IMG/VR virus record: IMGVR_UViG_3300011560_000001
Location: 173,534 to 237,533 of that record
Length of the DNA: 64,000 bases
Source of the DNA: a virus
Taxonomy: Duplodnaviria; Caudoviricetes
Direction: 5' to 3' (one strand)
Each line of letters starts with the position of its first letter. The first letter of the stretch is position 1. Below, in pieces: positions 20,628-33,548 of this stretch. The translations under genes and the position numbers were made by a program. The notes beneath the pieces are model-generated. The model ran no database searches and had not been told where the DNA came from. It saw only the letters and a list, made by a program, of their open reading frames with translations.

Positions 20628-21002
20628 ATGTACGTTATCATCGATGATGTTGAAGGACGACAACTAACGCCGGTTCAATCGTTACGATTACGTAATGCTG
20701 CATTGATGTACGCTGTGTTATGGTGGAACTGTAGAACACGTTTACCTGTTGATGCAAGATCGATGCAGCGCTATTCGGAAGCGTTAACGTCGTGTGAACA
20801 TGATGAGATTTTTCAACGACTCTTTGAACGGCTATCAGGTTATCAAGCAATCATTCGGAAGGGTTTGTTTATCTCGATTGAATGGTTCGGTACTGAGTTG
20901 CGGTTAATCGTTGACCGTAAGGGCATGGCATTACGCCCTAACGCATTTGGGTCGACACAAGCGATTGCTTGGTGGGACGAGGAAGGTAATCGTCTCTGGT
21001 AA
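20628..21002 (+). CDS. hypothetical protein
   Basis: ORF in run, followed by a hairpin. Confidence 0.7.
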   Translation: MYVIIDDVEGRQLTPVQSLRLRNAALMYAVLWWNCRTRLPVDARSMQRYSEALTSCEHDEIFQRLFERLSGYQAIIRKGLFISIEWFGTELRLIVDRKGMALRPNAFGSTQAIAWWDEEGNRLW

Positions 21003-21078
21003 TAAGCACCCCGTCTTAATGGCGGGGATACGCTTAGGTAAAGGTATGAGATCAGACAATAACATAACGGGGTGAGAT

Positions 21079-21195
21079 ATGGTAAATAATGACGAGCTTA
21101 CGGAAATAAAATCTTGGGTTGCTAAAGCGCTGCTTGCGTATAGCGCCGTCGGCGTACTGTTTGCTGTAATTGGCATGGTAGGTATGCTACGATGA
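21079..21195 (+). CDS. small membrane protein (38 aa, absent from ORF track)
   Basis: MVNNDELTEIKSWVAKALLAYSAVGVLFAVIGMVGMLR; ATGA overlap with next gene. Confidence 0.55.
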   Translation: MVNNDELTEIKSWVAKALLAYSAVGVLFAVIGMVGMLR

Positions 21196-21458
21196 ACATC
21201 GAGGATGACTTTTTACGGAACGCACTTGACTTTTATTCTAAACCATTAACACCTGGCGGCTTGGAATTGGGTGTGGTCAATCCCGATAAATTGCATCCGA
21301 TTGCTAAATGGTTGAATCAACATCGAGAAGGGTTGTATTCCGTTGACCAACCGGAACTGGTGGCACGCTGGCATATTAAGAAAAGCGGTCTTGATATGTC
21401 GTTACAAGCGCGTGCGAACAAAGACCATATTGCCCTATCGATCATGGGTACTTTTTAA
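21192..21458 (+). CDS. hypothetical protein
   Basis: ORF in run. Confidence 0.65.
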   Translation: MNIEDDFLRNALDFYSKPLTPGGLELGVVNPDKLHPIAKWLNQHREGLYSVDQPELVARWHIKKSGLDMSLQARANKDHIALSIMGTF

Positions 21459-21472
21459 CGAGGATAATTTAC

Positions 21473-22450
21473 ATGGCTTCTGTTGGCCCAATCGATAAGA
21501 CACGCGATGCGGTAAAGGCGTTGCTCGAAAGAATTTATTTTGAGCTTGCGAATGCCGAACATCCAAGCGTGAGTCTTTTCGATGATAAACTCACAGCGAT
21601 TAATAACGTTCATCCAATGCTGTATCAGGATCTCCTTACGTCGTGGAAACCGATGGGTGTTTTCGCTAACGCTTTTTCAGATACCGTTGTAGCCAGCGGC
21701 TTTGAAAAACCGAAGCTACCTTTTGTTTATGAGCCGTCGGTCGATCCAAGACGCGAGCGCCTGGGTGTTTTAACGCATGCGTTGATTGACAGTATTGGTT
21801 ATTATCTTTCCTCTGAATGGACAGCCAAATACACCGAGCTGTTAGACGAATACGAGCTGTGGCGTAATCAGATCTTAACGGATGCGGAGAAGAAAGCGTA
21901 CGCGATCGCGTTGGCAGAGAAAACACGTGGTGATATTGGTCGCTTAATCCATGATTTCTACGCGGTTTTGAAACCAACCTATTACGAAACAAAACGTCAG
22001 CTGACCTGGGAAGAAGCACAGGCGTTGATGCAGAGCGCAGAAACAGCGGATGATATTTCGGGTATAATCCACGATTACTGTATGTCAAGAATCCTGCTGG
22101 ATAAAGGCAATCAGAAATACGTTCGTGAGGTTCCGCTTCCCAATAACGCGCTGGGTATCGCAAACGAGATTTTCGAGTTCCTGAACGAGTGGAATCCACC
22201 GTTACTTGCGATTACGTATATCTGCGATGATATTCTTACTGAGGATCTGTTCCTTCCATTGTTAGGTGAAGCGTCGCTGCGGCGTTATTCCCAAACGTTC
22301 AAGAACAGCGCGACGATGGCATCTACCGTACCGGTTAGTTTACCACGTCGTCGTAAAATGCTTACGGTATCCGCAGGCAAGATTAACCTCTTAGTGTTGT
22401 ATTATGCTGTAAGAAACGGCTTACCGACATTAATTTTCAGGAAAAAGTAA
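21473..22450 (+). CDS. hypothetical protein
   Basis: GAGG SD; long ORF. Confidence 0.8.
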   Translation: MASVGPIDKTRDAVKALLERIYFELANAEHPSVSLFDDKLTAINNVHPMLYQDLLTSWKPMGVFANAFSDTVVASGFEKPKLPFVYEPSVDPRRERLGVLTHALIDSIGYYLSSEWTAKYTELLDEYELWRNQILTDAEKKAYAIALAEKTRGDIGRLIHDFYAVLKPTYYETKRQLTWEEAQALMQSAETADDISGIIHDYCMSRILLDKGNQKYVREVPLPNNALGIANEIFEFLNEWNPPLLAITYICDDILTEDLFLPLLGEASLRRYSQTFKNSATMASTVPVSLPRRRKMLTVSAGKINLLVLYYAVRNGLPTLIFRKK

Positions 22451-22867
22451 ATGGCTGAAGAGACTGTACAAAACCCCCTTTCATTGATTCAGCAAATAAA
22501 CATACAGATTTCTCCAAAATGCTGTTCTCTCGAACTTGCATTATCCCACGTCGAAAACTGGGTAACGTTTCGCCGCACGGTGCATCCGCGTTTCCCGGTA
22601 AATATCAGTCCTGTTGTTGTGGTCGCATTAGAAAGCGAGGACCTTACTCAAGACATGTGGCAGCGCATCCGTGGACGCATACCGCAATACGTAAATGTGA
22701 TGGGTGTTCTGTTAGTAAGTGACACCGAAGCGTTCGAAAGCCATCCGTTGTGTTACGCCGATGTGGTGGTTACGGATAACCCAGCGATGCTTGAACGCAT
22801 GCAGGCCGTACTGACCAATCCGGTTCGAACGGAAATAGTCATCAACATTAAACAGGATGCTTCTTAA
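22451..22867 (+). CDS. hypothetical protein
   Basis: Abuts previous stop codon. Confidence 0.7.
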   Translation: MAEETVQNPLSLIQQINIQISPKCCSLELALSHVENWVTFRRTVHPRFPVNISPVVVVALESEDLTQDMWQRIRGRIPQYVNVMGVLLVSDTEAFESHPLCYADVVVTDNPAMLERMQAVLTNPVRTEIVINIKQDAS

Positions 22868-23177
22868 CAGTTTGGGTGATAACATGCGTTATTGGAAACT
22901 TTCTGCTTATCAAATTGCATTATTAGGCATTGATACCAAAGAAAAAGAATTGTTGCGCGGTGAACTCGACACCGCTTATCTTTCAGAAAACAACATGGTT
23001 GTATGTAAATTTGTTGGATTAACGACTCGACGTAATACGGTATATGAAACCTATGCGTTGAAGGGTAAAGGCATGCAGGAAGTTGCTGCTGTGATTCGTA
23101 CCGGTATCGTGGTACCGCCAGGTGTAAGTGATAATCTTGATGAGGTATTACATGGAACTCGTAAAACAATCCGTTAA
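22857..23177 (+). CDS. hypothetical protein
   Basis: ORF in run. Confidence 0.65.
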   Translation: MLLNSLGDNMRYWKLSAYQIALLGIDTKEKELLRGELDTAYLSENNMVVCKFVGLTTRRNTVYETYALKGKGMQEVAAVIRTGIVVPPGVSDNLDEVLHGTRKTIR

Positions 23178-23760
23178 TGCGTGGACGCTCATGCCGGATG
23201 AGGCGATTCGCTATGGCTTCCTGAAGAAGCATGCGCCGAAGCTCATCGATGGTACCATCGGACCGGAACAGGATTTGTTGTATGCTGTGCTGTTTGATGA
23301 CTATCGTGCGATGGCGGTTTATGGTGAGTCAGGAAAAGCACACGTCGTAAACATCGAACGTTACGTGTTTAATGAGCCGGGTGTTAAGGAACAGCTTGAT
23401 GCCATCATGATGAACACGAAACCCGTACCTGAACAGATCAAGCTTCAGTTCCTCGAGATGCTGAATCCGGATGAACGGACGGTGCGACTTATTCGTAACG
23501 ATCCTGCCACCCAGGAACTCACGGAAGTATTACTGGATCTGAAGCTGCATGTCGCCCTCGAACGTGCGGAAGGGGGTAAGGTTAATACCTGTATCCGTCA
23601 ATTCTGTAAATCCCGTGAAGCGAAGGTTAAACACCATCAAACACGGAATATCCTGAAAGCGATTCGTTCCGTTGCGCTACCTGAAATTAAAATGAAGGAA
23701 GTGCTGTCGTTATACGAAACCTATATGAACGACGAAGTCGAATGCGTTGTGAAGTCTTGA
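23128..23760 (+). CDS. hypothetical protein (probable start MELVK near 23152)
   Basis: GAGG SD before an internal Met. Confidence 0.75.
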   Translation: MIILMRYYMELVKQSVNAWTLMPDEAIRYGFLKKHAPKLIDGTIGPEQDLLYAVLFDDYRAMAVYGESGKAHVVNIERYVFNEPGVKEQLDAIMMNTKPVPEQIKLQFLEMLNPDERTVRLIRNDPATQELTEVLLDLKLHVALERAEGGKVNTCIRQFCKSREAKVKHHQTRNILKAIRSVALPEIKMKEVLSLYETYMNDEVECVVKS

Positions 23761-23778
23761 AGAAATAAAAAGCGTATT

Positions 23779-23821
23779 GCCTGTGTCCCTCCCATCGTGG
23801 GTGGGCACGGGCGTTATGCCG
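23779..23821 (+). terminator. hairpin-TTATGCCG element
   Basis: GCCTGTGTCCCTCCCA/TGGGTGGGCACGGGC followed by GTTATGCCG. Confidence 0.7.
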
Positions 23822-23868
23822 ATGTACATTTTGACAATTTTTTGGTTTCGTATGGAGGAAACGACAAC

Positions 23869-26532
<2,664 letters not shown>

Positions 26533-26544
26533 TGGGGTGGTACT

Positions 26545-27024
26545 ATGGTCAAGGACTGGACACCCGAAGAAGATGCGATGTTGATTACCCTGTACCGAAA
26601 CGGTATACCGATGCAAGAGATTGCGGAACGGCTTGGTCGAACAGAAGGTTCGGTTCAAGGTCGAATTAACCGTAATCGCAAGCGCTGGAAACTCGTGTCG
26701 CGTCATCGCTATTGTTGCTTCGAAGAACGCGTGATGTTAGCCGATTATCTCAAGACGCACAGCGTGAAAGAAGCCGCGGTAATGTTCAATCGTAGCGTGG
26801 ACGCAATCGCTAAACTCTGCTACCGTTACGGTATTGTTGCTTGCAAAGCGCAACGTCGAGAGATGATTTATCACCGAATACACGCGCTTAGAAAAGAGAA
26901 CAGAACCTGGGAGAGAATACAGAATATCATCAATAACGAATTTAACACCCATTACACGTTAAGTGGTGTTCATACACTCTACTACACTCAAGCATTAAAA
27001 ACGCGTAGAACAGGAGAAATCTAG
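26545..27024 (+). CDS. Myb/SANT-like tandem HTH protein 2
   Basis: WTPEEDAMLITLY..EIAERLGRTEGSVQGR plus two further repeats. Confidence 0.85.
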   Translation: MVKDWTPEEDAMLITLYRNGIPMQEIAERLGRTEGSVQGRINRNRKRWKLVSRHRYCCFEERVMLADYLKTHSVKEAAVMFNRSVDAIAKLCYRYGIVACKAQRREMIYHRIHALRKENRTWERIQNIINNEFNTHYTLSGVHTLYYTQALKTRRTGEI

Positions 27025-27026
27025 TT

Positions 27027-27530
27027 GTGAAACCTCCAGTACGACGATGGAATCGTAAGGATGATGAACAGTTGCTGGAATTGTACTATCGTCACCCGAA
27101 ATTAAAAATCCGTGAAATCGCAGAAATCATGGAAACAACGTACGGTGCAATTAAATCGAGGTTGATGTACTTAAACGTCGAACGCCGTAAACCGCATAAA
27201 CGTTTCAGTGTCGATGAGTTGGAACATATCAGACTACACTGTAAGCACAAAAGTTACAAACAGCTCGCACGCGATTTAAACAGAGATCCAAACAGTATTC
27301 GAACAATAGCACACCGCCACGGCTTCAAGCGGTTAAGCGAGGATGATACTAAGATCTTCATAGCCTTCGTTGATGCATTGTTAGAAGAAACGCAGGATTG
27401 GTACCATATTGCTGAACGGGTTAATGCGCATTTTGGCATAACACGGACGAAGCAAGCTGTTTATCAGCGTTGGTGGCATCATAGAAAGAAAAGAGGGATA
27501 CAAGATGGGACGACCTCGGCCGTGGCGTAA
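27027..27530 (+). CDS. Myb/SANT-like tandem HTH protein 3
   Basis: WNRKDDEQLLELY; FSVDE..LARDLNR; WYHIAERVNAHFG..RT..AVYQRW. Confidence 0.85.
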   Translation: MKPPVRRWNRKDDEQLLELYYRHPKLKIREIAEIMETTYGAIKSRLMYLNVERRKPHKRFSVDELEHIRLHCKHKSYKQLARDLNRDPNSIRTIAHRHGFKRLSEDDTKIFIAFVDALLEETQDWYHIAERVNAHFGITRTKQAVYQRWWHHRKKRGIQDGTTSAVA

Positions 27531-28008
27531 CGATGAGTTAAAAGATGTTACACACATGTACTTGAACACGTCGCTGACGATTGATGAAATCGCACAACGG
27601 ACAGGACGAACATACGCCAGCATCGACGCGTGTCTGGGGCGTTTGGGAATACGTCAACGCCAGAAGCATCGACCGTATACGGAAGAAGAACGTGCGTACA
27701 TCAAGTCCGTAATCAAACAAAAATCGCTGCGTGAGATCGCGTACGATTTAAACCGCTCGTATGACTCGGTTCGTCAGTTTATACGGCTTAATGGAATTCG
27801 TCGTGCGTTAACCAAGCAAGAACGGGAAGCGATTATCGCGTTTATCGCGGAACGACTTAACGTCACCCAAAATTGGAATATTATCACATACGACGTTGTT
27901 GTTAAATTTGGGATTACAACGAATAAACATGCGTTGTATCAACGTTGGTGTTATTACACGAAAAACAAAGGAGTTGCCCATGCGCAAATACCGCCGCTGG
28001 ACAGATGA
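27505..28008 (+). CDS. Myb/SANT-like tandem HTH protein 4
   Basis: WRNDE..EIAQRTGRT; YTEEE..EIAYDLNRS; WNII..FG..ALYQRW. Confidence 0.85.
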   Translation: MGRPRPWRNDELKDVTHMYLNTSLTIDEIAQRTGRTYASIDACLGRLGIRQRQKHRPYTEEERAYIKSVIKQKSLREIAYDLNRSYDSVRQFIRLNGIRRALTKQEREAIIAFIAERLNVTQNWNIITYDVVVKFGITTNKHALYQRWCYYTKNKGVAHAQIPPLDR

Positions 28009-28510
28009 GGAACTCTCACGCCTTGAGAGTTACGCGGATCAGATACCCAGACCACCGGTTAGTGATTTGGCTACTGTATTTCAACGCACAGAAAGCGCGA
28101 TTAAGAATAAGTTATACGTATTGTTCCCTTCGTCAAGAACCAATGAGGCATATACGAACAACGAGATTTCCTATATTCGCGACAATATCCACAGATACTC
28201 GGTTAAACAACTGTCAAATCATCTTGGCCGATCGAGAGCGAGTGTCGCCTCCGTAATACGACGCCATAAGCTACGACGATACGATCCTGGTGAATGGTGC
28301 AAAATTTCAGACCGTATCACGACACTTCGACATGAAGGGGTTAGCTGGAGAGAAGTTGCTCGCATTATCAATGTCGAGTTCAAACGGGAGTACCATCACA
28401 CACATCTTTGTCAGCGTTACTATTATAACACACGTGGTAAAAAATGGCAGCAGGTAAAGAATACACAACAACCGAAATCGCATTCATACGCCGAAACGCT
28501 GGCGTCATGA
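27980..28510 (+). CDS. Myb/SANT-like tandem HTH protein 5
   Basis: AAGGAG SD; WTDEEL; YTNNE..HLGRS; WREVARIINVEF. Confidence 0.85.
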   Translation: MRKYRRWTDEELSRLESYADQIPRPPVSDLATVFQRTESAIKNKLYVLFPSSRTNEAYTNNEISYIRDNIHRYSVKQLSNHLGRSRASVASVIRRHKLRRYDPGEWCKISDRITTLRHEGVSWREVARIINVEFKREYHHTHLCQRYYYNTRGKKWQQVKNTQQPKSHSYAETLAS

Positions 28511-28950
28511 CATCGAAAGAGATCGGTGAAGCGTTAGGGCGGAGTCAGAGAGCAATTAGCGCGATCGCTTCAATGCTTAACATTAAACTGAGTCATCGTA
28601 ATCGGAACGATATCTTATCGCGGGTTGTCCATTTACGTGACGGCGAGAAGCGCCGATGGCGGGAGATCATTACTATCATTCAGGATGAGTTCGGCATTAC
28701 GTATTCGGAATCGGGGTTGCAGCGCGGATACCAGCGCGTGAAGCTCGTAACAATAAAGAATACCGATCCTACACGTCTTCGGATGTTGAATGAAATCCAT
28801 CGTTATCGGCAATACGATAAACTTCCGTGGAAAGAGGTGCAAAAACGTATCGAGGTACGTTACAACAAACTTTATCAAATCACAACACTTTGTCAAATGT
28901 ACCGACGTCATCGTAATCGACTGTTAGGTAATGAAGGAATTTTAGCATGA
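28444..28950 (+). CDS. Myb/SANT-like tandem HTH protein 6
   Basis: YTTTEIAFIRRN..EIGEALGRS; WREII..EFG; WKEVQKRI. Confidence 0.8.
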   Translation: MAAGKEYTTTEIAFIRRNAGVMTSKEIGEALGRSQRAISAIASMLNIKLSHRNRNDILSRVVHLRDGEKRRWREIITIIQDEFGITYSESGLQRGYQRVKLVTIKNTDPTRLRMLNEIHRYRQYDKLPWKEVQKRIEVRYNKLYQITTLCQMYRRHRNRLLGNEGILA

Positions 28951-29480
28951 GCATCAAAACACTGGTTATTAACGAACGACCGTTCTTTTGCGTTAGCACC
29001 TCGACGGTCGCTGATCCACATCTTTATCCACATAAACAACAGATTCGTGAACTGTACCGTATTCTCGATGATGCGGAATCGGAGGCGTGGGGCACCACGT
29101 TTATGTTTGGGAATGTTCCCGATTTAAAACGTGAATATGATTCCTTAGAATTAGAAAAGCGTTTACCAGACACCGCAATGCTGGTCGTTATGATCGACGC
29201 TATCGTTTCGACGCCGGTGGGCCTCTTGGAAGTGAGCACAGAGAGCCATATGGGCATTCACGACGTTACATCGATTATTGTAAAACCCGAATATCGTGGG
29301 CGCGGTATCGGTCACGCCTTGATGAATGAAGCACGTAACATCGCTTACCAGTGTGGTGGTCATTCTATCGGCCTGGATGTTCGTGCCGATAATGATGAAG
29401 CCCAGGCGTTCTATGAATCCGAGGGTTTCACTGTAAGATCGTCGTGGTTAACATCGTCCGTAAAACACAAAGGAGCTTAA
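28947..29480 (+). CDS. GNAT family N-acetyltransferase
   Basis: IIVKPEYRGRGIGHALM; LDVRADNDEAQAFYESEGF. Confidence 0.92.
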   Translation: MSIKTLVINERPFFCVSTSTVADPHLYPHKQQIRELYRILDDAESEAWGTTFMFGNVPDLKREYDSLELEKRLPDTAMLVVMIDAIVSTPVGLLEVSTESHMGIHDVTSIIVKPEYRGRGIGHALMNEARNIAYQCGGHSIGLDVRADNDEAQAFYESEGFTVRSSWLTSSVKHKGA

Positions 29481-29481
29481 C

Positions 29482-29907
29482 ATGAGCTGGTTCGATCGTA
29501 AATTCTTCACGTTGGAAGAAGTCTTGGACCTACCTTGCGACGCGAATAAGGAAAAGATCGCCGACATGCAACGAATCGCACTAACGAACGCAATTAATGA
29601 TGTCACTCAATTCTCTATCGGTGATCGTGTTGAACTTCCATTTGGAACCGAAGAAGGAAACAATGCAACAGCTATCTTCGTCCCAGCTGTTATCGTCGGT
29701 GTCCATTTCACGGCATCACAAGTCAGTTATGATCTTGCGATACCTATCGACGGTTGTGACCTGTTTATGGTCTTCAACAATTTCCGTGGTGATATGCGTA
29801 CGATAGACGGAAGCAATGCGACCGATTTCATCGAGAAACGCGTTGCTGAGGCGTTGGTGAAGAAAACGCTCGGTACACCGAATCTTAAAGTTATTGAAAA
29901 TGAATAA
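29482..29907 (+). CDS. hypothetical protein
   Basis: AAGGAG SD. Confidence 0.75.
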   Translation: MSWFDRKFFTLEEVLDLPCDANKEKIADMQRIALTNAINDVTQFSIGDRVELPFGTEEGNNATAIFVPAVIVGVHFTASQVSYDLAIPIDGCDLFMVFNNFRGDMRTIDGSNATDFIEKRVAEALVKKTLGTPNLKVIENE

Positions 29908-29912
29908 TCGTA

Positions 29913-29940
29913 CCCTCCCGACATGGGAGGGCTTATGCCG
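29913..29940 (+). terminator. hairpin-TTATGCCG element
   Basis: CCCTCCC-GACAT-GGGAGGG followed by CTTATGCCG. Confidence 0.7.
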
Positions 29941-29955
29941 ATAAAAGGAAACAAA

Positions 29956-30606
29956 ATGAACGATGTTATTGCTTTACTCACGCAAGGAGAAACCAAAATG
30001 CCGCTGCCGTACCAGCAGCTTGCTAGTATCATAGAACCCATGACGTACCATCAACAATGGACTGTGCGTGAAGAATATACCCAGCACGTTGGATGGTCGT
30101 TGTTAACCATGGATACCGCGCTTCAGTTAGCGAACATCTGTTACGGGCGACGCGTCGCTGACTTGGGTTGTGGGGCAGGTTACCTGACTTATGTACTACG
30201 TAAACTTGGTGTTGAGGACATTACCGCTTACGATATGGAATTACATCCCCACCCGTTTATCGAGGACATTCAGCAGGTCGACTATACGAACATCGATCTT
30301 TCACAGTACGATGTTATTTTACTGTCATGGCCACCTTACGACGAACCACAAGCTGCGTTGGTTGCCGCGCGTATTCAACCACATCAGCTTTTGATCTATC
30401 AGGGTGAGGGATACGGGGGCTGCACCGGAGATGACGCCTTCCATTCGATGCTTCGTTCGGATTTCTCCTCTGTGGAAGAATTCACCGTTAACTTAAATGC
30501 ACGTCATTTGAACTTTCACGGCATATACGATTCGTGGACGGTTTATCGCAAGCAATCAGATTTTACAAAACAAAGGGATGATTTGGAAGATACTCGTCAT
30601 GAATAA
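29956..30606 (+). CDS. class I SAM-dependent methyltransferase
   Basis: VADLGCGAGY; AYD; LLSWPPY; YQGEGYGGCTGD. Confidence 0.85.
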   Translation: MNDVIALLTQGETKMPLPYQQLASIIEPMTYHQQWTVREEYTQHVGWSLLTMDTALQLANICYGRRVADLGCGAGYLTYVLRKLGVEDITAYDMELHPHPFIEDIQQVDYTNIDLSQYDVILLSWPPYDEPQAALVAARIQPHQLLIYQGEGYGGCTGDDAFHSMLRSDFSSVEEFTVNLNARHLNFHGIYDSWTVYRKQSDFTKQRDDLEDTRHE

Positions 30607-31303
30607 AGGAAAAGAAATGGAGGACCGTTTTATGTTAATCGTAACTAGTAGACAGGAAGTATCCGATTGGCTTAATGTCCATCTTAACGCTAACGCCTCC
30701 CCAGGGGGCGTTGTAATCAATCCCGTTTATGACGGGCTGCCGTTCACCGCACGTTACGAGCGTGGTAAGCTGACCGCAACGAAGGTTAACGACGTCTCAT
30801 TAAATCCGGAACATGCTTTACGTGTATTTCGTATTCCGTTGACGATCAACTATCGCGGTTTAGCAAAAGTGATGGTCGTTTCTGGCACGGTATGTAAATA
30901 CGCCGAAGCATCTATCGATGATTTTCATAATGGGGTAAGACACTTTAGTGCGGTTGCTGTAGGTTATCCTGAAGCTGATCGTGTTGAGGTTATCGAACAG
31001 GGATCTACTGCTATTCCGTCCGACGTGTTTAAACTACGTTGTTTGTTCGAGACTTGGCGGTTAGCCAGCTTCAAACAGTCACGTATTGTTCCTCATCGAA
31101 CCGTGTCGGATGCGCTGCGACAGCTTGATGTGATCGTAGCGGCATTAAATCGGACAAAAGGTATTTCTGCGTTGCTATTCTCGTTGAACAGTCCAGACGA
31201 TCGCTCACGAACGCAGAATCCAGACTGTGTGTTCTTAACCCCGGAAGGAGTTATCCATGGTTTACCGAAGAAGTCTCTGGAAGATAAGATGGCGACGTCT
31301 TAA
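30578..31303 (+). CDS. degenerate NAD-ligase adenylation-domain paralogue
   Basis: INPVYDGLPFTARYERGKL aligns with [19 protein letters not shown] of the ligase; catalytic Lys replaced by Val. Confidence 0.6.
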   Translation: MIWKILVMNKGKEMEDRFMLIVTSRQEVSDWLNVHLNANASPGGVVINPVYDGLPFTARYERGKLTATKVNDVSLNPEHALRVFRIPLTINYRGLAKVMVVSGTVCKYAEASIDDFHNGVRHFSAVAVGYPEADRVEVIEQGSTAIPSDVFKLRCLFETWRLASFKQSRIVPHRTVSDALRQLDVIVAALNRTKGISALLFSLNSPDDRSRTQNPDCVFLTPEGVIHGLPKKSLEDKMATS

Positions 31304-31347
31304 GTGGTTATGTAAAGAGAAATGGAAAAAGATAAAGAGGGCTTTAA

Positions 31348-31947
31348 ATGACAGTGGTGAGTATTACTGAGCCGCGGTTTATCCGTGATGTTATCGATCG
31401 TCGTCGTTCGGTGATTGTTGCTTACGGACGAATGGAAAGTACCGCACCTCAAGAGCTTTGCGTATTATTCCAGGGGTGTTTCATACACCGACAGGAAGGA
31501 CATAAGGGTAAAATTACCCCCGGCGATTTAATTAAAGCAATGCGTAAGATCGATATCGAACAACGCAAGCTAAATCTGTCGCATCATCTACCACCCCTCG
31601 ATGAGGCTGAAGCCAAAGACTTCGCCGATCGGGTTATGAAGTCAGCCATCGTTCAGTACTTCGGAAATATGCCAAGCAAACGTAATAAAGCTTTACGTAT
31701 TGAATCCGATCAATTGCTACATTGGAATTCGAAAGCGTTCAGATTCGAAGAGGTGTTCTTACCCGCTTTCGGTAAACGGTTGGCGTGGGACTTCTCAACA
31801 GAGTATGTTTACAACGGCGACATCCCGCCAGAAATACAACATAAGAAAGGGAAAGTACTGGAAGAGCAAACAGAAGCTGCAGTCATCGAACAGGTTTACC
31901 AGCGTCTGACATTCTGGTTGTTCGGACCAATACTGGAACCTAAGTAA
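31348..31947 (+). CDS. hypothetical protein
   Basis: GAGG SD. Confidence 0.75.
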   Translation: MTVVSITEPRFIRDVIDRRRSVIVAYGRMESTAPQELCVLFQGCFIHRQEGHKGKITPGDLIKAMRKIDIEQRKLNLSHHLPPLDEAEAKDFADRVMKSAIVQYFGNMPSKRNKALRIESDQLLHWNSKAFRFEEVFLPAFGKRLAWDFSTEYVYNGDIPPEIQHKKGKVLEEQTEAAVIEQVYQRLTFWLFGPILEPK

Positions 31948-32029
31948 AAAAAAAACATTGCACACCAAATAACTTTTTAATACCCGGTAAATCCTCCTTA
32001 TCTAAACATATTTCAAAAGGACAGTAACC

Positions 32030-32476
32030 ATGCAAATTACAAAAGCAGAACGTATCGAAATTTTCAAAACCACAAAAACCAACGAACAGAATCGAATCGC
32101 TAACAATACTCGACTGGTTGCTCGAATGTTGCGTGCAGGCTACGAGCAAGCCTCTCGGTTTACCAGCCGTTTAAAGCAGACTGGCATTGCTTATTACGAC
32201 GAAGATAAAAATATTCTGATTTACACCGGATGGATCGAAAACCACTGTTGGTGCGATCATGGGCATGCGATAATGCACTTGACCTCAGGTGGTAGCGTCA
32301 GCGTAACGTTTACACTAACGCCGCTGATGGTGCGTCGCGCATTCCGTATGGATAACTTCACGGAGCTGCAGGCGTATGTTCCAGTAGCCGCCAAAATGGT
32401 ATTACCGACGATCCATGACTGCACAGATATCGTATTCGATGGAAAAGATCTTTCCATCACCTACTATTTAGATTGA
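32030..32476 (+). CDS. hypothetical protein
   Basis: AAGGA SD. Confidence 0.75.
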   Translation: MQITKAERIEIFKTTKTNEQNRIANNTRLVARMLRAGYEQASRFTSRLKQTGIAYYDEDKNILIYTGWIENHCWCDHGHAIMHLTSGGSVSVTFTLTPLMVRRAFRMDNFTELQAYVPVAAKMVLPTIHDCTDIVFDGKDLSITYYLD

Positions 32477-32483
32477 GGGAAAG

Positions 32484-33440
32484 ATGATGGCTGTGCTATC
32501 ACCCAGATACTTTACCTTCGTTTGCGGTAATAAACCGAAATTCAGTTACACCGACGATATCCATCGCATGCTGCGCAATCGCGTAGCAAAAGTGTTGATT
32601 GCTCTCATTTCGGAGCGTTACGGATTTGGTCTCGATTACCCTAAAGAAGGAGGTCGGCTGGTTTCCCCTTTACCACCGAATGAACATCCATTACGACCAT
32701 TGTTGGATACGGTGATTCTTCCATTGTTTACTGAACACACACCCTTAACGAAAAGTTTATGTCGTCATTTGCTCTATGATTACAGTGTGTTGTGGGAGCC
32801 ATTACGTACGATGCAACCACCGCAGAATTTGGGGGTATTTGACAAGTATGAATCATCGGCCATTGTTAATCTGCTTGGCGGCGAACGTGCTTTAGGCTGG
32901 AACGCTGTCGACGAACTTACGATAAGTTGGGAGGTGAGTAACGTCACAGATTACGACATAGACCGCAAACAAATCTGTCTCTGGGAGTATACCGGTCCGA
33001 CGATTCGAGAACTGCTCGATATGTCCAATCTTTTCTACACCGTGGTGATATTGGGTTATCGACCAGGAGATAAGGACTTCTACCTCGAAAATCATCGATG
33101 GCTAACATGCTACGGACACACTTTAACCTACCCAAAACTTGAAGAAATGGGTAGTAATGTTTGGGGTATCCGTAATTTAGCCATTCTTCCCGATAACGAG
33201 CATTTTGCGAAAATACTTGCCGATAAAGGAGGCACGGAAGATATTTACAACGTATGTTTCGATTTAGGTATCGCCTGTATCTTTCGTATCGCTGACGTCG
33301 GAGGGAGTCCACGCATCGAAAAGGTTGAACGTTATCGTTGGACAGAAGGTACGACACCACCTGATGAAATCCTCCAACTTTTCCCTGAGGTTGTGGTTAA
33401 ACGCATCAACGAGATTCGGTCCTATGCAGCAAAGACGTGA
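32484..33440 (+). CDS. hypothetical protein
   Basis: GAGG SD; long ORF. Confidence 0.8.
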   Translation: MMAVLSPRYFTFVCGNKPKFSYTDDIHRMLRNRVAKVLIALISERYGFGLDYPKEGGRLVSPLPPNEHPLRPLLDTVILPLFTEHTPLTKSLCRHLLYDYSVLWEPLRTMQPPQNLGVFDKYESSAIVNLLGGERALGWNAVDELTISWEVSNVTDYDIDRKQICLWEYTGPTIRELLDMSNLFYTVVILGYRPGDKDFYLENHRWLTCYGHTLTYPKLEEMGSNVWGIRNLAILPDNEHFAKILADKGGTEDIYNVCFDLGIACIFRIADVGGSPRIEKVERYRWTEGTTPPDEILQLFPEVVVKRINEIRSYAAKT

Positions 33441-33458
33441 GTGAGTCAACGCATTAAT

Positions 33459-33475
33459 TTTCACGGCTATATTAC
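33459..33475 (+). promoter_or_regulatory. phiKZ-type early promoter
   Basis: TTTCACGGCTATATTAC, identical to 4537. Confidence 0.8.
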
Positions 33476-33548
33476 CTAGGTGAAGCAATGGGGTCATTAG
33501 CTTCACCTTGAATTATTAGCAAGCAATCCAATATAAGAGGATGTCAAG

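Noticed and set aside
31946-31955. Homopolymer runs (T near 748, C near 13784, A near 31946, G near 33883, T near 38330) as phase-variation sites
   Set aside because: Intergenic and mostly parts of terminator-like structures; no reading frame is affected
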